Shown piece after piece: positions 19,740 through 29,842 of a DNA stretch of 64,000 nucleotides. Below the pieces are notes generated by a model that was not told the origin of the DNA, searched no databases, and was given only the letters and a program-made list of their open reading frames with translations. The position numbers and the translations under genes were made by a program. Positions within the stretch are counted from its first letter, which is position 1. Every line of letters begins with the position of its first letter. This stretch comes from Obrimoposthia wandeli (taxonomy: Eukaryota): the NCBI GenBank assembly GCA_977020255.1, contig CDROCS010001350.1, positions 1 through 64,000 on the forward strand, in the 5' to 3' direction.

Positions 19740-21191
19740 ATGGGCACCATTATTTGGGGTAATATTTATAGGTTTATCGAGATAATATGGCGCCGACGTT
19801 ATTACCTCGGGCTCTCTATTATATTAGGTATCTGTATTGCTTTATTGATTAGCATTGTCACCCCTAAACGATATGACTCGCACACTTCTATTTTGGTTCA
19901 GGAAAGTTCATTGCTTAACCCATTTTTAGAAGATTTATCGGTGTCTTTTAACCTTGAAGACCGCATGGTCGCGTTAAGAGTATTAGTACATAGCCGGCAT
20001 ATTTTATTCACTGTAGCGGAACAAAATAGACTCATAGATAACAATAGTGACTATCGAACAAGGGATTTGGTGGTTGAAAAACTATCAGGTGCGATCACAT
20101 TAACCTTGTCTGGTAAGGACTTGGTCATCATATCGCTGAGTTGGGATAATCCAAGTCAAATGAAGTCGGTGTTAAATTCTGTCAGTGAATTGTTTATTGA
20201 TAGCCTAATGGCACCAAGTCGAGCTTCAATCATTTCATCCGAGAAATTTTTACATAAACAATTAGAGTTAAGACGTGAAAAATTAGTTGTATCAGAAGAA
20301 AAAATGGCTGAGTTCCGTCGTCAACATCTCGGTGTTTTACCTGAATTGTTTATTCAAAACAACCAGACATTATTTTCTATTTATCGTGATATTAGAGATA
20401 AAGATATCAAACTTTCAGGTGCTTACGGACAGCTAAATAGCTTGAAAAAAAAATTAGCGCAAACTAATCCCGTCATCGGTATTGTCGAAGAACAAATAGT
20501 GTCAATTGAAGCAAAGCTATCCTTACTCAAAGCGAGTTATACCCGTAGCCACTCCAAAGTACAATCTGCTGAATTACAGTTAAATAATTTAAAAAACGAA
20601 CAAAGTAGATTACTGAGTAAAAATATTGAATTAACAGATGAGCAGCTAAACCAGTTATGGAATCTAGCTTCTGTTGCAGACAGTGGTGATGGTGAGGGCA
20701 AAACGCCATCATTATTATTGTCTCAGTTAGAAAACTTACAATCAGCACAATCACGCGTGATTCAATTAGAAAATGAAATTGCAATGTTACAGCAGCAATC
20801 TAAACGTTTAACGTCTAACGTCGCTATGGAGGCTGATGTAGCTAAAGAGTTAAGTGCGCTGGAACGTGATTTGACGGTGAATACTGAATTGTATCACGAC
20901 CTGCTAAACCGCCATGAAATGGCGAAAGTGACTGGCGAGTTGGGTCGACATGAAGAACCTGAAAAAATCAAAGTGATCGACAGGCCTTTCACCCCTGGTT
21001 ATCCCACTAATTTATCTTTATTGATATATACCCTAATTGGCCTCTTTGTGGGTATAGCTTGTGGCATTGGATTAACGGTGGCCGTTGAATTATTAGATGA
21101 TACGCTTTGGCATATCAGAAAAGAGACTGTGTTTGGAGATATAAATATTCTGGCACGATTACCTTCCATTGATTATGAAAAGGATAGCTAA
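19740..21191 (+). CDS. Polysaccharide co-polymerase/chain-length determinant (SypO-like, no kinase domain)
   Basis: WRRRY, NPFLEDLSVS...HSRHIL, long coiled coil, KVIDRPFTP, C-terminal TM; no Walker A. Confidence 0.88.
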   Translation: MGTIIWGNIYRFIEIIWRRRYYLGLSIILGICIALLISIVTPKRYDSHTSILVQESSLLNPFLEDLSVSFNLEDRMVALRVLVHSRHILFTVAEQNRLIDNNSDYRTRDLVVEKLSGAITLTLSGKDLVIISLSWDNPSQMKSVLNSVSELFIDSLMAPSRASIISSEKFLHKQLELRREKLVVSEEKMAEFRRQHLGVLPELFIQNNQTLFSIYRDIRDKDIKLSGAYGQLNSLKKKLAQTNPVIGIVEEQIVSIEAKLSLLKASYTRSHSKVQSAELQLNNLKNEQSRLLSKNIELTDEQLNQLWNLASVADSGDGEGKTPSLLLSQLENLQSAQSRVIQLENEIAMLQQQSKRLTSNVAMEADVAKELSALERDLTVNTELYHDLLNRHEMAKVTGELGRHEEPEKIKVIDRPFTPGYPTNLSLLIYTLIGLFVGIACGIGLTVAVELLDDTLWHIRKETVFGDINILARLPSIDYEKDS

Positions 21192-22253
21192 ATGAAGATC
21201 ATGGTGGAAATAATTCAGCATCTAAAACCCGGTGGTATCGAGAAATTAGTACTTGATATTATGCGTCTACAAGACGCTAATATCGAAGTGTACATTGTCG
21301 CATTAGAAGGTGAAAAAACGGTTTCCTTAACGCAATGGCCTGCTCTGAAACGTTATCAAGACCGATTGATTTTTTTGGATAAACAACCCGGGTTTAAACT
21401 TTCAACGATAAAGCAGTTACGTAAAGTGTTAACGACATTGGATACCGATATTATACACACCCATCATATCGGCCCTTTGCTTTATGGTGTCATGGCCACG
21501 TTAAGATTAACCAATATACAACACATTCATACAGAGCATGATGCATGGCATTTACTCGATAATAAACAATTGCAGATGACAAAGTTAATGCTGCGATTAA
21601 ATCATATTACGTTAGTCGCTGATGCTGATACTGTCGGAAAGCAATTGTCCCGCGTACTTGGCCCCAGCGTTAACCCTATTACGATCTTAAATGGGATTGA
21701 TACTGAAAAATTTTCACCGAGTCTAAGTCACCCACGTTATAAGTATAATACAAGGGTATTTAAGATTGGTTGCGCAGCAAGATTAGTAACGGAAAAATCA
21801 TTAGATATTCTGATTAAAGCGATAGCAGATATTCCTAATGTGCAGTTGTCTATTGCGGGTGATGGACCTGAAAAGCAAAATTTGACAAAATTAGTGCAGG
21901 AATTAGACCTATCAACTAAAGTTAAATTTATGGGCTATACAGATGATATGGTTGGGTTTTATCATCAGTTAGACTTGTTTGTATTAACCTCGTCTAATGA
22001 GGGGTTACCGTTGTCAATTTTAGAGGCTCAATCTTGTAACGTGCCGGTGCTCTGTAGTGATGTTGGTGGTGTACATGAAGGTGTGTGTAAGCATACAGGA
22101 CATTTAATCAAACTAAATACCGTTAATGAATTTCATGTTGCGATTCAATCGCAGATGAAACGGAGTCGTGAGCATTATCCGCGTGATTTTATTACTAAAA
22201 ACTTTGATATAAGAATGATGATTAAAGCTTACAATCAATTAATTAAGGAGTAG
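21192..22253 (+). CDS. Glycosyltransferase family 4 (SypP-like)
   Basis: QHLKPGGIE, HTHHIGPL, HTEHDAWHL, EGLPLSILEA. Confidence 0.92.
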   Translation: MKIMVEIIQHLKPGGIEKLVLDIMRLQDANIEVYIVALEGEKTVSLTQWPALKRYQDRLIFLDKQPGFKLSTIKQLRKVLTTLDTDIIHTHHIGPLLYGVMATLRLTNIQHIHTEHDAWHLLDNKQLQMTKLMLRLNHITLVADADTVGKQLSRVLGPSVNPITILNGIDTEKFSPSLSHPRYKYNTRVFKIGCAARLVTEKSLDILIKAIADIPNVQLSIAGDGPEKQNLTKLVQELDLSTKVKFMGYTDDMVGFYHQLDLFVLTSSNEGLPLSILEAQSCNVPVLCSDVGGVHEGVCKHTGHLIKLNTVNEFHVAIQSQMKRSREHYPRDFITKNFDIRMMIKAYNQLIKE

Positions 22254-22255
22254 CT

Positions 22256-24109
22256 ATGGATTGGCTTCTGTTTGGCGTTATCGTATCGGTAAATCTGTTT
22301 ATTTATCATCATTGGGTTTATCCACAGCTTTTGCAGTATTATGCAAAAAAAAGAGATAGCGATGACAAGATTGATACATTTCAATCTCGTAATTACGTTT
22401 CCAATGATGTCGATTGTGACCTTCCAAATATCACGATAGTGATGCCTGTTTACAACGAAGCTAAACATTTAGGTGCTAAACTTAGCAACTTGCTTATGCT
22501 CGATTATCCGGCAGATAAGCTTAAAGTGGTGCTTGGTTTTGATGGTTGTACCGATAATTCAGTTGATCTTGCCAGACAACATTTAGCGCAATTCCAATTA
22601 AATAACATCACCATTGAACTCGATGTTGCTGAAGATAATCACGGTAAGGTACACGTGATTAATAAACTGTTGATGCGTCATAAATCGACCTCGGATATTT
22701 TAGTCTTAAGTGATGTCAGTGCCTTGATTTCGATTGATGCCATGCAAATATTTGCGCATCGCATGGCAGAGGAAGGGATCGGTGTTGTTACAGGTGATTA
22801 TCAACTCTATGAACACGGTTCTAAAGGTGAAACTCATTACTGGGATTATCAACGTAATATTCGTAAAGCAGAAAGTATAACGGGTTCTATTATAGGGCCT
22901 CCAGGGGCATTATATGCGATTAAAGCCGCATTATTTGAAGAGATCCCTGTTGATACCATTAATGATGACTTTGTGTTTCCAATGTTATTAGTTAGCCGTG
23001 GTTATCGAGCCGTATTGGATGACAGAATTTCGATTATTGAGATGGAAGCAACAAACGAAACAGATGATTTTTCACGTAGAACGCGTATTGGGGCTGGTAA
23101 TGTACAACAAGTATTAAGACTACGCGGTTTATTTTCGATGCAAAACGGGCTGACTGGCTTTAACTTTTTCAGTGGTAAATTTCTACGCACATTAATGCCG
23201 TTCAATTTATTAGTTTTATTTATATCGACTTTCTTTTTAACTAATAGTAGCTCCATGGTTATTGCGAACACGGCTTGGTTTTTGTGGTTAGCCCAATGTT
23301 GTCTGTATGGTGGTTCTGCTCTGTGCTTATTGTTTGACACTGCCCCTGTGAAGCAACCTTGGGCCTCGTTGTACTATATTGCAGTCGGTTACATGGCTAG
23401 CTTTTATGGTGGTATACGTTACATTTTTGGTTTGGATCGTGGAACTTGGATCAAGATCAATACCGGGCAACCTACGGTTAACTATCAGAAAAAAAGTGTA
23501 GTTATACCAAAGCGTTTTTCAGATGTTGTTATATCGATAGTGGCATTAATTATTATTACGCCCCTTATTCCTTTTATTGCACTGGCCATTAAGTTGAATT
23601 CTAAAGGACCCATTTTTTATCGACAGCTTCGAGTGGGTGAAATTCGCAATGACTATGTTGAAGTGTTTATGTTAATTAAGTTTAGAACCATGGGTGTGGA
23701 GTCTGAATCTAAATCAGGACCGGTGTGGGCGCAAAAACAAGATACAAGAGTCACATCGGTAGGGCGTTTCTTACGTCGAACAAGAATTGATGAATTGCCG
23801 CAATTGATTAATGTATTACTTGGCGATATGGCGATTGTAGGGCCAAGACCTGAACGACCTGTATTTTGTGGTAAATTAGAAGAGAAAATCCCTTATTATT
23901 TGGAACGTACGAGTGGTGTTAGACCTGGTATTACCGGATTGGCGCAAATATCGCAGGGTGCAGATACATGTTTAGAAGATGTGCAAAATAAACTGTACTG
24001 GGATCATTCATATGCTTTAAGCCTAACAAGTTTCTCACGTTGGCTCAAAGCAGATGTGATGATTATATTAAGAACCTTTTTAACGATGGTGACGTTTAAA
24101 GGTAATTAA
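22256..24109 (+). CDS. Fused GT2 (SypQ-like) and priming phosphoglycosyltransferase (SypR-like)
   Basis: N-part: PVYNE, DGCTD, SDVSA, INDDF, RRTRIGAGN plus TMs; C-part: KRFSDVV...KFRTM...RIDELPQLINVLLGDMAIVGPRPERP; no internal stop. Confidence 0.9.
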   Translation: MDWLLFGVIVSVNLFIYHHWVYPQLLQYYAKKRDSDDKIDTFQSRNYVSNDVDCDLPNITIVMPVYNEAKHLGAKLSNLLMLDYPADKLKVVLGFDGCTDNSVDLARQHLAQFQLNNITIELDVAEDNHGKVHVINKLLMRHKSTSDILVLSDVSALISIDAMQIFAHRMAEEGIGVVTGDYQLYEHGSKGETHYWDYQRNIRKAESITGSIIGPPGALYAIKAALFEEIPVDTINDDFVFPMLLVSRGYRAVLDDRISIIEMEATNETDDFSRRTRIGAGNVQQVLRLRGLFSMQNGLTGFNFFSGKFLRTLMPFNLLVLFISTFFLTNSSSMVIANTAWFLWLAQCCLYGGSALCLLFDTAPVKQPWASLYYIAVGYMASFYGGIRYIFGLDRGTWIKINTGQPTVNYQKKSVVIPKRFSDVVISIVALIIITPLIPFIALAIKLNSKGPIFYRQLRVGEIRNDYVEVFMLIKFRTMGVESESKSGPVWAQKQDTRVTSVGRFLRRTRIDELPQLINVLLGDMAIVGPRPERPVFCGKLEEKIPYYLERTSGVRPGITGLAQISQGADTCLEDVQNKLYWDHSYALSLTSFSRWLKADVMIILRTFLTMVTFKGN

Positions 24110-24130
24110 TGGGGTATTACTTCGCTGTTT

Positions 24131-25531
24131 CTATTGTTGTTCTTCTTCTGTCATTGGCGGCTCATACTTGCGTATTTGAATGAGCATGCCAAACATAGGA
24201 TGGTCCAGGTAATGAATTTCACCACTGCGAATGACACGAAGTTGCTGCATCGGATAACTATTCAAGAAAGGTAACGTTTTATCTTGAGGTTCGGTAATAT
24301 CAGTTGCTTCAACGTTAATCACATTGCCATTTTCATCTGTTAGTGCATTATCATTTTCAGCACTGGCAGTCACTATGTCTTCAATTAGAAAATCTTCACT
24401 TGCGGGATCGAGGTTAACGTCAGCATCACTGAGTGCTACTTCGTTATGTCGCGTTTTATTCGGTTCTAAATGAATGCCCAATAATTCTAATAGGTCTATG
24501 TTTTCTACATTGGTCCCTCTATGTGACTCTTCTAAATCAGCGGCAATGATTTCCTCAGAAGTTATCGTTTTCGTGCCTTCTTTGCGTACAAAAAGGTTGG
24601 TTTTGGCATAGAGGTAATGCTCTAGATAAATGGTCAACTCACCATCAATTTTCCACACTGGCGTTACTGGCACAGGAGCTGCTTTAGTGAGTAATTCCGT
24701 TGCTACCGTATCACTGATTTGATCTTTACTTGTTGATACACTCAGACCCTCATTGATGGATGTTGTGTTATCCAAATTAATGACATTTTCGTCACCTACA
24801 TTATTGCTAAGCGAGCCAGATAATTGAGCCGATGCAGCATCTACTTCGCTGTTTGGAGATACAACGGGTACAATTGTGCGAACAATTGCATCACCATTTT
24901 GCTTGTATTGCTGTTGATAGTTTTGACCTGCAAACAAGCGTATCGGTATTGCTGCATTACGATCTTGTGGCTGCATGCGCCATGCCGAGTGTAATACGAC
25001 ATTATAATTGGCGTGATTATTGAGTGCTGTAAATTGCTCTGTTAGTTGCAATTCATTTGCCGGTACAATTTGTAGCGTTGGATCTTTGGCATCACTGTTT
25101 AAATTAGCCCCATCAATAACCACATTTGTTGTTTTGATAAAGTCTGATTTAATATCAGTACCTTGTATCAAAGACTCTTCTCGGTCAGTACCAAAGACAG
25201 GTAAGGTTTGGCTATCATCTATAAGTGTTGGCTGTTGGCCAGTCGCAGCGTTATTACTGTCGTTGGTTAACGCTAGATCATTGCTGCTACCGTTCCCATT
25301 TGGCGTGATTAAATTATCATCATTGATGAATAATGCCATTGGATCCTTATTCGTTTGCGAATAAGTTGGATACGCAGATTGATCCCAATGCTCTATTACT
25401 TTAGCAGGGTCGATATTGCGTTCGAATAAAATAACTTCGACTTCAAACCAACGCTCTTCTTCTGCTGCATTGGCTGCAAATGAACTGCCAAGGGATAGAC
25501 CGACTAATAAACTGATTAATGACTTTTTCAA
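24131..25531 (-). CDS. csiV: CsiV-family periplasmic peptidoglycan-binding protein
   Basis: RWFEVEVILF, HSAWR, DGELTIYLEHYL, QLRVIRSGEIHYLDHPMFGMLIQIR; downstream of mfd as in Vibrio. Confidence 0.8.
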   Translation of the reverse strand: MKKSLISLLVGLSLGSSFAANAAEEERWFEVEVILFERNIDPAKVIEHWDQSAYPTYSQTNKDPMALFINDDNLITPNGNGSSNDLALTNDSNNAATGQQPTLIDDSQTLPVFGTDREESLIQGTDIKSDFIKTTNVVIDGANLNSDAKDPTLQIVPANELQLTEQFTALNNHANYNVVLHSAWRMQPQDRNAAIPIRLFAGQNYQQQYKQNGDAIVRTIVPVVSPNSEVDAASAQLSGSLSNNVGDENVINLDNTTSINEGLSVSTSKDQISDTVATELLTKAAPVPVTPVWKIDGELTIYLEHYLYAKTNLFVRKEGTKTITSEEIIAADLEESHRGTNVENIDLLELLGIHLEPNKTRHNEVALSDADVNLDPASEDFLIEDIVTASAENDNALTDENGNVINVEATDITEPQDKTLPFLNSYPMQQLRVIRSGEIHYLDHPMFGMLIQIRKYEPPMTEEEQQ

Positions 25532-28500
25532 CGTTTAACTCCTGCAATCTTATTTTTTGCAAATTCCACTAACATGGCTTCAACTAGTGATATGCGATCT
25601 TTTGCATCCGGTGATTTGATTGCAAACTTCAATTTCGATGGTCCATCCATGCTATAAACACGAGGTTGTTGCTGGATAAGACGGATAAGATAACCTACAT
25701 CAACCTGATTATCATCACCAAAGCTAATATAGCCACCAGCGGGACCTATTTCAAGTCGTTTAATACCTAAAGGTGCCGCTTGTAATTTCAACTCGGTTTG
25801 ACGGATCAAGTTTTTAGCATTGTCTGGTAATAAACCAAAACGATCAATCAGTTCTACTTGCACTTCGCGTAACTGATCGTCATTTTTGCAACTAGCAATG
25901 CGTTTATACAGAGATAAACGGGTATTGACGTCATGAATGTAATCATCAGGTAATAATGCCGGTACACGTAATTCAATTTCGGTTTGGCTTTTTAATGCTT
26001 CTTCGAGCGAGACTGATTTACCCTCTTTAATGCTTTTCACTGCTTGGTCGAGCATGTCCATATACAGAGAGAAACCAATAGAGCTAATTTGACCACTTTG
26101 TTCATCACCTAACAATTCACCTGCGCCACGGATCTCAAGATCGTGTGTTGCTAACGTGAAACCAGCACCTAAGTCTTCTAACGATGCTATCGCTTCAAGA
26201 CGTTTTTTAGCATCGCTGGTGATACGTTTTGGATGTGGCGTTAACAAATAAGCATAAGCTTGGTGATGAGAACGACCGACACGACCACGTAGTTGGTGCA
26301 GCTGTGCTAAACCGAGATGATCTGCGCGGTCCATGATGATGGTATTGGCACTTGGAATGTCGATGCCTGTTTCAATAATGGTGGTACACACTAAAACATT
26401 GAAGCGTTGATGATAGAAGTCAGCCATGACAGATTCTAATTCACGTTCTGCCATTTGGCCGTGAGCAGCAACAATACGCGCTTCCGGTATCAACAACGCC
26501 AGTGATTCAACGGTTTTATCGATTGAATCAACATTGTTATGTAAGAAGTAAACTTGACCACCACGCATAATTTCACGCATGATCGCTTCTTTTACTACGT
26601 TATCATCATATTGGCGTACAAATGTTTTAACTGCTAAACGTTTAGCGGGTGGTGTTGCAATGATAGATAAATCACGCATGCCATTCATTGCCATGTTTAG
26701 CGTTCTTGGAATGGGTGTTGCTGTTAGCGTTAAAATGTCAATGTCTGCACGTAGGGCTTTTACTTTTTCCTTTTGACGGACACCAAAACGATGTTCTTCA
26801 TCAATGATCAGTAAACCGAGATCTGAAAACTTAATTTGATTACTGAGTAATTTATGTGTGCCGATTAGTAAGTCAACTTTGCCATTTTTAACATCTTCTA
26901 AAATAAGTTTCTGTTCTTTGGCTGTTTTAAAACGTGAAATAACTTCAACACGTACTGGCCAGTTGGCAAAACGGTCTTTGAAATTCTCAAAATGTTGCTG
27001 GGCAAGTAAAGTGGTTGGCACAAGCACAGCGACTTGTTTGTCGTTCATAATCGACATGAAGGCGGCGCGCATGGCGACTTCGGTTTTACCAAAGCCGACA
27101 TCACCACAAACCAGACGGTCCATGGTTTTGTCTTGGCGCATATCATCCATGACGTCTTGAATGGCGGTTTTCTGATCGTCCGTTTCTTCAAACGGGAAAC
27201 CATCAGCAAAGGCCGCATAAGATTCTTTATCGCATTTATATTGGAAACCACTTTTAGCTGCACGCTGAGCGTAGATATCCAACAATTCTGCAGCAACGTC
27301 TCGCACACGCTCCATTGCTTTTGATTTTGATTTTTCCCAACTGTCACTACCGAGTTTATGTAACGGTGCTGATGCTTCACCCGCACCACTGTAACGGCTG
27401 ATAAGATGTAAGGCTGACACCGGCACATAAAGCTTCGCGGTATTGGCGTATTCAAGGGTTAAGAATTCAGTGTCCATGCCTGCGTTGGTAATGATCTGGA
27501 GACCAAGGAAACGGCCGACACCATGCTCGATATGCACAACCGGTTGACCTATGCTTAACTCTGTCAGGTTTCTTACTAATGCATCATTGTTCGCTTGTGT
27601 TTTTTTGTCGGTGCGACGACGCTGAATGATCTTATGACCTAGCAGTTCATTTTCACAAATGATAGCGACATTGACTTCGTCAATAATGAAGCTGTTTTCA
27701 CACTGACTAACCCAAATACCAATCGCTGGTTTGGCTTTTAAGAACTTGGCGATACTAGTGATTGCTTTTGGCTTTAACTTGGTTTTTTCAAGTAACTCTA
27801 ATAAGGTTTCACGACGCCCTTCAGATTCAACACTAAAGATTATTTTACCGTCAAAGCCATCGATAAATTCAAGCAGCGGCGCAAGTGGCGTTTTCTTTTG
27901 ATGATTCACTGATATTACGGGTAGTTTACTAAAACCTAGGTTGGTATTACCGGGCTTTTCGCTCAGTGGTGTATTACTTAAGCTGACTTTACTGTACTGA
28001 CCAAGAGCTTGAAACAGTTCTTCAACAGGTAAGTAGAGTGACGCTGGCGTCAGCAATGGACGTTGAATGTCATGACGACGGTCTTCGTAGCGAGCTTCTA
28101 CATCTTGGAAGAAAGCTTGAGATGCTTGATGTAATTCGCCTACTTGCGCAATCGTGATTTGCTTAGGTAGATAATCAAATAAGGTTGCTGTTTCGGTTAA
28201 AAATAACGGGTGATAATACTCAATGCCCGTTGGTAAGAAGCCTTTACTGACTTGCTGATAAACAGATTCAGCTTCACGCGATGGCGTAAACAATGCTCTA
28301 AACTGTTGACGAAATAACTCAATGGCTTTCGCATCTGTCGGGAATTCATGTGCGGGCAACAAGTTAATGGCGTCAAGGGTTGCTTCCGAGCGTTGTGTCT
28401 CGGTATTAAAGCCACGTATCTCTTCGACTTCATCATCAAAGAAGTCGATTCTAAATGGAGAGGGGCTGCCCATCGGGTAAAGATCAAGAATGGAACCGCG

Positions 28501-29004
28501 GGCAGAAAACTCACCGTGTTCTAATACTTGGGTAACGGCATTGTAACCGCTATTTTCTAATCGCTGGCGCATAGCATGCATGTCAATCTTATCGCCGGTT
28601 TTGACGATTAAGCTGTGCTGGTCTAAAAAGCTTACTGGTGCTATACGTTGCATCAGAGTACTTATCGATACAATAATCAGCCCATTTTTCGTTTGTTGAA
28701 AACGGTGTAAGGCATGAATACGTTGCGAAATAATATCTTGGTGCGGCGAGAAGTTATCATACGGCAGCGTTTCCCAATCAGGAAACGTGATTAACGGTTT
28801 ATCATCCGCTAAAAAGTGACGTACTTCTTGTTCAAGTTTCAATGCACTTGGGGTGTCAGCGACGACCGCAAGAATAGGGGTGTTTGTTTGTGAACACAGC
28901 TCTGCAAGTGTGAATGCAAGGCTACTGCCAACAAGGTTACCGAAGGCGATCTTGTCGCCTTGTTTTTTTGGTAACGGTAGAGAAAGAATAGCTTTTGATT
29001 TCAT
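25528..29004 (-). CDS. mfd: Transcription-repair coupling factor
   Basis: FPDWETLPYD, CGDVGFGKTEV, DEEHRFG, TATPIPRTL, QLRGRVGR, TRCF C-terminal domain. Confidence 0.98.
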   Translation of the reverse strand: MKSKAILSLPLPKKQGDKIAFGNLVGSSLAFTLAELCSQTNTPILAVVADTPSALKLEQEVRHFLADDKPLITFPDWETLPYDNFSPHQDIISQRIHALHRFQQTKNGLIIVSISTLMQRIAPVSFLDQHSLIVKTGDKIDMHAMRQRLENSGYNAVTQVLEHGEFSARGSILDLYPMGSPSPFRIDFFDDEVEEIRGFNTETQRSEATLDAINLLPAHEFPTDAKAIELFRQQFRALFTPSREAESVYQQVSKGFLPTGIEYYHPLFLTETATLFDYLPKQITIAQVGELHQASQAFFQDVEARYEDRRHDIQRPLLTPASLYLPVEELFQALGQYSKVSLSNTPLSEKPGNTNLGFSKLPVISVNHQKKTPLAPLLEFIDGFDGKIIFSVESEGRRETLLELLEKTKLKPKAITSIAKFLKAKPAIGIWVSQCENSFIIDEVNVAIICENELLGHKIIQRRRTDKKTQANNDALVRNLTELSIGQPVVHIEHGVGRFLGLQIITNAGMDTEFLTLEYANTAKLYVPVSALHLISRYSGAGEASAPLHKLGSDSWEKSKSKAMERVRDVAAELLDIYAQRAAKSGFQYKCDKESYAAFADGFPFEETDDQKTAIQDVMDDMRQDKTMDRLVCGDVGFGKTEVAMRAAFMSIMNDKQVAVLVPTTLLAQQHFENFKDRFANWPVRVEVISRFKTAKEQKLILEDVKNGKVDLLIGTHKLLSNQIKFSDLGLLIIDEEHRFGVRQKEKVKALRADIDILTLTATPIPRTLNMAMNGMRDLSIIATPPAKRLAVKTFVRQYDDNVVKEAIMREIMRGGQVYFLHNNVDSIDKTVESLALLIPEARIVAAHGQMAERELESVMADFYHQRFNVLVCTTIIETGIDIPSANTIIMDRADHLGLAQLHQLRGRVGRSHHQAYAYLLTPHPKRITSDAKKRLEAIASLEDLGAGFTLATHDLEIRGAGELLGDEQSGQISSIGFSLYMDMLDQAVKSIKEGKSVSLEEALKSQTEIELRVPALLPDDYIHDVNTRLSLYKRIASCKNDDQLREVQVELIDRFGLLPDNAKNLIRQTELKLQAAPLGIKRLEIGPAGGYISFGDDNQVDVGYLIRLIQQQPRVYSMDGPSKLKFAIKSPDAKDRISLVEAMLVEFAKNKIAGVKR

Positions 29005-29042
29005 AGTTTTAAGTAATCTAATCGTAATTGTTGAGGATTTTG

Positions 29043-29624
29043 TTATTGATCATCTTGCTGCTGCCGTTGTTCGGCGCGTTGCTTAAGTTGTAACTGCTGA
29101 ATACGTAATGTAGCACGAATCAATATCTCGCGGTCAATATCACGGATGCGTGTATACGACGCCGTGTATTCAATCAGAGTATCATCAGCTTCTTGTACTT
29201 CACGTGAAGTGATGACGCCATAGCAGTAAATAGCAGAAGAGTCATTGGGTAAGAATATCTTAATGCGTACCGCTTGCTCTAATGCTAAATCGGCATGTGC
29301 TAAGAATTTGACTTCACCTGCACCAAACACCGTGGTGTTAAAGCGTGAATCAGGGTTATCTTGCTGCGCTAATACATAGCCCATGATCAAGTTTATTTTA
29401 TTATTTTGCATCTGTAAAAAATCAGCAAGTGCGTCAGCTTGCTCACCGATATTTCGGATTGAACGCAGGGCATTGCTATCGATTTCAGCGACATCGTTGG
29501 CCATTTTAAAGGGCGTTGGCATTTCATTTTCAAGCGCCAATCGAGATGTTGGGACTTTATCAATGGAAACAGGTTCAATATTGACAGATAAACTGTGTCT
29601 AATAGAAAAATATTGTTGCGTCAT
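29043..29624 (-). CDS. PilZ domain-containing protein
   Basis: Conserved position between mfd and lolC; C-terminal PilZ-like beta strands followed by DREILIR. Confidence 0.7.
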   Translation of the reverse strand: MTQQYFSIRHSLSVNIEPVSIDKVPTSRLALENEMPTPFKMANDVAEIDSNALRSIRNIGEQADALADFLQMQNNKINLIMGYVLAQQDNPDSRFNTTVFGAGEVKFLAHADLALEQAVRIKIFLPNDSSAIYCYGVITSREVQEADDTLIEYTASYTRIRDIDREILIRATLRIQQLQLKQRAEQRQQQDDQ

Positions 29625-29775
29625 TTGCTGTCATCCTTTCCTAGATTGCGAACCCGTCATTGTGGCATATTAATTCCTATTTATCTTCATTAGTTTATGG
29701 TATTGCGCTTTTAAGGCGCTGTTTTAAACCAGAATAACTAATCGCTCACAAGTTTACCTGAAGGTATAATTTTAC

Positions 29776-29804
29776 TTGCTCATTAGTGGTCATGTCTCTA
29801 GAAT
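29776..29804 (+). promoter_or_regulatory. Sigma70 promoter of lolCDE
   Basis: TTGCTC-17 bp-TAGAAT. Confidence 0.55.
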
Positions 29805-29842
29805 GAATAGCAGTTTTTAGCAAGGTCTTCTTAATTATATTT

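Noticed and set aside
20445-22352. A9 and A8 homopolymers in EPS locus A as phase-variation tracts
   Set aside because: Runs this short are common in AT-rich DNA, encode Lys and keep the frames intact
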